17,388 nucleotides of DNA from a virus, in the UHGV virus genome UHGV-1838449; one strand, given 5' to 3'. The notes below the pieces were generated by a model that searched no databases, was not told where the DNA came from, and saw only the letters and a list, made by a program, of their open reading frames with translations. Within the stretch, counting starts at the first letter, position 1, and every line of letters starts with the position of its first letter. Below are positions 14,571 through 17,388 of the stretch, in pieces. A program made the position numbers and the translations under genes.

Positions 14571-14775
14571 TTACATGAAATGGTATCTCTGCCACCGCTG
14601 GTTAATTAAGTTTGCTGTAAAAGACTGGATGACAGCGGATGCCAACAAGCTTAAGCAACGAAAGGACTATTACTACGCCAGAATGAAGGAAAACTACTGC
14701 TCAATTCGCACTCGCATATTTATTAAAAAAGACCTTCAGTCAATTCTTCAATTGCGAGGGAAGGTAAATGGCTAA
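14563..14775 (+). CDS. Hypothetical protein (70 aa)
   Basis: ATG overlaps the ninF 3' end; its stop overlaps the next gene start. Basic, Tyr/Trp-rich. No recognised family. Confidence 0.4.
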   Translation: MSDYMKWYLCHRWLIKFAVKDWMTADANKLKQRKDYYYARMKENYCSIRTRIFIKKDLQSILQLRGKVNG

Positions 14776-15058
14776 CCTACGCAAAGAAGCACGCGGCAGA
14801 GAATGCCAGGTACGTATTTACGGCGTATGCAATGGTAATCCTGAAACTACAGTTCTGGCACATTACCGGATGGCTGGAATTTGCGGAACGGGAATGAAGC
14901 CTGACGACCTGATCGGCGCATGGGCTTGTAGCGCGTGTCACGATGAAATCGACCGACGCACCCATAACCTCGACAACAAAGACGCCAGACTTTACCACCT
15001 CGAAGGCGTGATCAGGACGCAGGCGATACTGCTGAAGGAGGGGAAGATTAAGTCATGA
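14768..15058 (+). CDS. ybcO: YbcO-like DUF1364 protein (putative nuclease of lambdoid nin regions)
   Basis: 96 aa, MANLRKEARGRECQVRIYGVCNGNPETTVLAHYR...CSACHDEIDRRTH, closely parallel to E. coli DLP12 YbcO as I recall it. Confidence 0.7.
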   Translation: MANLRKEARGRECQVRIYGVCNGNPETTVLAHYRMAGICGTGMKPDDLIGAWACSACHDEIDRRTHNLDNKDARLYHLEGVIRTQAILLKEGKIKS

Positions 15059-15417
15059 ACGAATATCAGTTTGTGCTTCCATACCCGCCGTCGGTGAATA
15101 CCTACTGGCGAAGACGGGGAAGCCAATACTACATCAGCGATAAAGGCCAGAAATACCGAAAAGACGTTCAGCAAATCATCCACCAACTCAAGTTAGATAT
15201 TTTCACCAAATCACGGCTCCGCATCAAAGTCATCGCAGACGTTCCAGACTCCCGCCGCCGCGACCTCGATAACATCCTGAAAGGTTTACTCGACTCTCTT
15301 ATCCACGCCGGATTTGCGGAAGACGACGAGCAATTCGATGACATTCGCGTAATTCGTGGTGTGAAAGTACCAGGCGGACGGCTTGGAATAAAAATCACCG
15401 AACTGGAGAACGTATGA
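15055..15417 (+). CDS. rusA: RusA Holliday-junction resolvase
   Basis: 120 aa with the RusA signature PDSRRRDLDNILKGLLDSL...GGRLGIKITELE. Translationally coupled to its neighbours. Confidence 0.85.
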   Translation: MNEYQFVLPYPPSVNTYWRRRGSQYYISDKGQKYRKDVQQIIHQLKLDIFTKSRLRIKVIADVPDSRRRDLDNILKGLLDSLIHAGFAEDDEQFDDIRVIRGVKVPGGRLGIKITELENV

Positions 15418-15602
15418 ACGCCACAATTCAAACGATACCAGAGCTTCTTATCCAGACACGAGGCAATCAGACCGAAGTGGCAAGGATGCTTTCCTGCGCA
15501 AGAGGAACAGTGCTCAAGTACAACCGAGACAGCAAAGGCGAGCGTCATGTAATAGTTAACGGCGTCCTGATGGTCACGCCAGGAAAAAAGGGAAGACGAT
15601 GA
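15414..15602 (+). CDS. ninH: NinH-like small DNA-binding protein
   Basis: 62 aa; KTIPELLIQTRGNQTEVARMLSCARGTVLKY parallels lambda NinH (KTIPDMLVEAYGNQTEVARRLKCSRGTVRKY). Confidence 0.65.
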   Translation: MNATIQTIPELLIQTRGNQTEVARMLSCARGTVLKYNRDSKGERHVIVNGVLMVTPGKKGRR

Positions 15603-16117
15603 GCATAAGAGAGCTAAACCTCACCAAAGAACAGCACGATTGGCTGAATGGCTGGCTTGAGCTGTGGGGCGCATGGGTTTATTCAGGTCGTCTGGAAAAG
15701 CGCATGAGCAGCGTAATAGCGAAGTTCATGGAGAGCGTAGAGCCGGGAAGAGTTATGACAAGGCCAATGTGTAATGATGATGATGGAATGTTGATTTCTC
15801 AGGTCGTCGATTCCGTCATGTACATTGACAAGAAAGCCTTTGGCATCCTCCTCAGCTACTACGCTCATGGTTCATCTAAGCGAGCAATTGCATCCTACTA
15901 TCACGCGACTGCAAAGCCACGCAAGATGTGTGGACGTGGTGGCGAGGGATGGAGAAAACCTTCACTGGCAACCTGTAGAAACGAAATTGACGACATCCTG
16001 AAAGCGTCGTTATTTGTTTTGTACCAACCAATGCAAAATGCTTTCAAAATGCGTAAACGTGTTGAGAAAGTTAAGCATGTTGCTGTTAAAAGCCTTGACA
16101 TGCAATTAGCCATTTAG
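15599..16117 (+). CDS. Q: Late-gene antiterminator Q (phage 82/933W-type family, not lambda Q-type)
   Basis: 172 aa. LELWGAWV...PMCNDDDGMLISQVV...LLSYYAHG parallels my recollection of the 933W/82-type Q family. Last nin-region gene, immediately followed by a strong promoter and a short terminated transcript. Confidence 0.7.
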   Translation: MSIRELNLTKEQHDWLNGWLELWGAWVYSGRLEKRMSSVIAKFMESVEPGRVMTRPMCNDDDGMLISQVVDSVMYIDKKAFGILLSYYAHGSSKRAIASYYHATAKPRKMCGRGGEGWRKPSLATCRNEIDDILKASLFVLYQPMQNAFKMRKRVEKVKHVAVKSLDMQLAI

Positions 16118-16124
16118 CCATAAT
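16095..16124 (+). promoter_or_regulatory. Late promoter pR-prime
   Basis: -35 TTGACA (16095..16100), 17 to 18-nt spacer, -10 CATAAT (16119..16124), overlapping the last codons of Q. Confidence 0.55.
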
Positions 16125-16165
16125 ATTCACATATGCTGCTGCTTTTGCATTCAGCAACCATCACA

Positions 16166-16190
16166 AGCCCACCTCCTGTGGGCTTTTTTG
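16166..16190 (+). terminator. tR-prime intrinsic terminator (target of Q antitermination)
   Basis: Hairpin AAGCCCAC-CTCCT-GTGGGCTT followed by TTTTTT, about 35 to 60 nt downstream of the pR-prime -10. Confidence 0.7.
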
Positions 16191-16311
16191 CATTCGCGTG
16201 CAATCAAAACAAGAGTCTTAGTGATATGGGCCTGAGATATGGTGGTGGAAACATCGCTCCGCTCTTGGCTGTCATATCTACGCGAACAGGCTCTATCCCT
16301 AAGGTAAAGCG

Positions 16312-16824
16312 ATGAAAGAAATAAAATTAACGCCAGAAATGGTGCTTTCTGTTGTTGATTACAATCCATCATCAGGCGACTTTCACTGGAGATGGAGGCG
16401 GGGAAGAGAGAGGACCACTTTGACATGGAACTCTCGTTTTGCTTTCAAGAAATGCTCATCAATAAATTCTGATGGGTATTTAATGATTATGATTAATGGT
16501 AAAGCATACCCTGCTCACAGACTGGCATGGTTGATTGTTTATGGCACCATGCCCGATGGTTTTATTGATCACATCAACAGGGTAAGAACAGATAACCGGA
16601 TATCAAATCTTCGTCTTGTCACTCATTCCGAAAATATGCAGAACAGGAAAATTCAGAAGAATAATAAATCTGGATACCGTGGCGTGTCTTGGGATGCTAA
16701 GTACGGGAAATGGAGAGCAAGAATTAATGCGTCTGGAAAGTGTATTAACCTTGGATACCATGATACTGCCGAACTTGCCGCTGCGGCTTTTGAGGCCGCC
16801 AGAATGAAATATCATACCGTTTAA
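16312..16824 (+). CDS. HNH endonuclease with C-terminal AP2 DNA-binding domain (homing-endonuclease-like)
   Basis: 170 aa. HNH core DHINRVRTDNRISNLRLVTHSENMQN and AP2-like SGYRGVSWDAKYGKWRARINASGKCINLGYHDTAELAAAAFEAA. Sits just downstream of tR-prime. Confidence 0.8.
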   Translation: MKEIKLTPEMVLSVVDYNPSSGDFHWRWRRGRERTTLTWNSRFAFKKCSSINSDGYLMIMINGKAYPAHRLAWLIVYGTMPDGFIDHINRVRTDNRISNLRLVTHSENMQNRKIQKNNKSGYRGVSWDAKYGKWRARINASGKCINLGYHDTAELAAAAFEAARMKYHTV

Positions 16825-16836
16825 AGATGTAAGCTG

Positions 16837-16878
16837 CCGTTAGTGACTCTTAAGTTGCAACGGTGGCTTTTTTATTTG
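16837..16878 (+). terminator. Weak intrinsic terminator candidate after the HNH-AP2 gene
   Basis: 5-bp stem CCGTT/AACGG with a long loop, followed 4 nt later by CTTTTTTATTT. Stem is marginal. Confidence 0.35.
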
Positions 16879-17315
16879 CACAACAGGTAAGAGCATTGAA
16901 CCCGCAGACCTCGCGGAATTGGTGAAAGGTGCCGCGCAGTGCTCTTATCGTTGTGGTGAATGCACAGGCTGATGTGTAAGGGCAAGAATCTTTCGCTGGA
17001 TTCGGTGTGGCCACGTAGCCCGCTGTAGGCAGTTGCAGCAAACCGGAGATCAGCACCGGTCGCCACAATCCAAACTGAGCCGTAGCCACTGGCTATCATG
17101 AATTCATCGGTGATAGTTACGCTGCGGCCTTCTACACATGACCTTCGTGAAAGCGGGTAGCAAGAGGTTGCGCTAACAACCTCCTGCCGTTTTGCCCGTG
17201 CATATCGGTCACGAACAAATCTGATTACTAAACACAGTAGCCTGGATTTGTTCTATCAGTAATCGACCTTATTCCTAATTAAATAGAGCAAATCCCCTCA
17301 ATGAAGGGGTAGAGC

Positions 17316-17388
17316 ATGTACCGTATGGACAAAATCAGAGAATGGTTCAGTTACAGCTTCGGAGGACTGACTGCGATGGGTGGCATTC
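17316..17388 (+). CDS. Partial ORF (5' end only, runs off the window), possibly the first late/lysis gene
   Basis: ATG at 17316 with a GAAGGGG site; MYRMDKIREWFSYSFGGLTAMGGI... is Gly-rich and hydrophobic, consistent with but not diagnostic of a holin N-terminus. Confidence 0.3.
   Translation, partial: MYRMDKIREWFSYSFGGLTAMGGI

Larger units (their letters stand above)
1..17388. mobile_element. Lambdoid prophage, early-left operon through Q and late promoter (partial element; both ends run beyond or decay within the window)
   Basis: Lambda-like gene order and orientation: xis, leftward early operon, N, pL/OL, cI, OR, cro, nutR, cII, replication genes, nin genes, Q, pR-prime/tR-prime. nutL and nutR boxB hairpins are present on opposite strands. 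Confidence 0.9.

Noticed and set aside
14777-16113. Minus-strand ORFs 14777..14998, 14992..15186, 15168..15548, 15683..15868 and 15901..16113
   Set aside because: Antisense to the YbcO-like, rusA, ninH and Q genes, which have clear family motifs on the plus strand.
16133-16426. ORFs 16133..16315 (plus) and 16151..16426 (minus) in the pR-prime/tR-prime interval
   Set aside because: Span the late promoter, the short terminated transcript and the terminator hairpin; hydrophobic, low-complexity translations with no ribosome-binding site.
16603-16815. ORFs 16603..16815 (minus) and 16616..16807 (plus) inside the HNH-AP2 gene
   Set aside because: Alternative-frame or antisense overlaps of a gene with clear HNH and AP2 motifs.
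16850-17099. Minus-strand ORFs 16850..17089 and 16872..17099
   Set aside because: Open frames in a GC-rich, repeat-containing interval with no start signals and non-protein-like composition; the region is reported as a possible structured or decayed element instead.

Overview
This window reads as the early/regulatory half of a lambdoid (lambda-like) prophage of an enterobacterial host, in the same orientation as the standard lambda map. All calls are from reading the sequence and recalling protein families; no database search was run. Left to right: a short non-coding stretch with at most a decayed integrase, an AlpA/Xis-like gene, a long leftward early operon (zinc-ribbon protein, MazG-like/DUF551 protein, Ea22-like protein, several unknowns, Gp157-like protein, RecT recombinase, Kil-like and CIII-like small proteins), an N antiterminator with nutL and pL/OL, the immunity region (cI, OR, cro, nutR, cII), a replication module with an iteron origin inside the initiator gene plus a DnaB-type helicase, a nin region (ninB, ninD, ninE, ninF, YbcO-like, rusA, ninH), a Q antiterminator with late promoter and terminator, and a possible lysis-gene start at the right edge. 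The strongest candidate for an undescribed system is a small single-pass membrane protein gene co-transcribed with cI in the slot where lambda carries rexAB. Two HNH endonuclease genes sit in accessory slots, one inserted in-frame into the 3' end of ninB. RecT has no partner exonuclease in the window, and no intact integrase is present.
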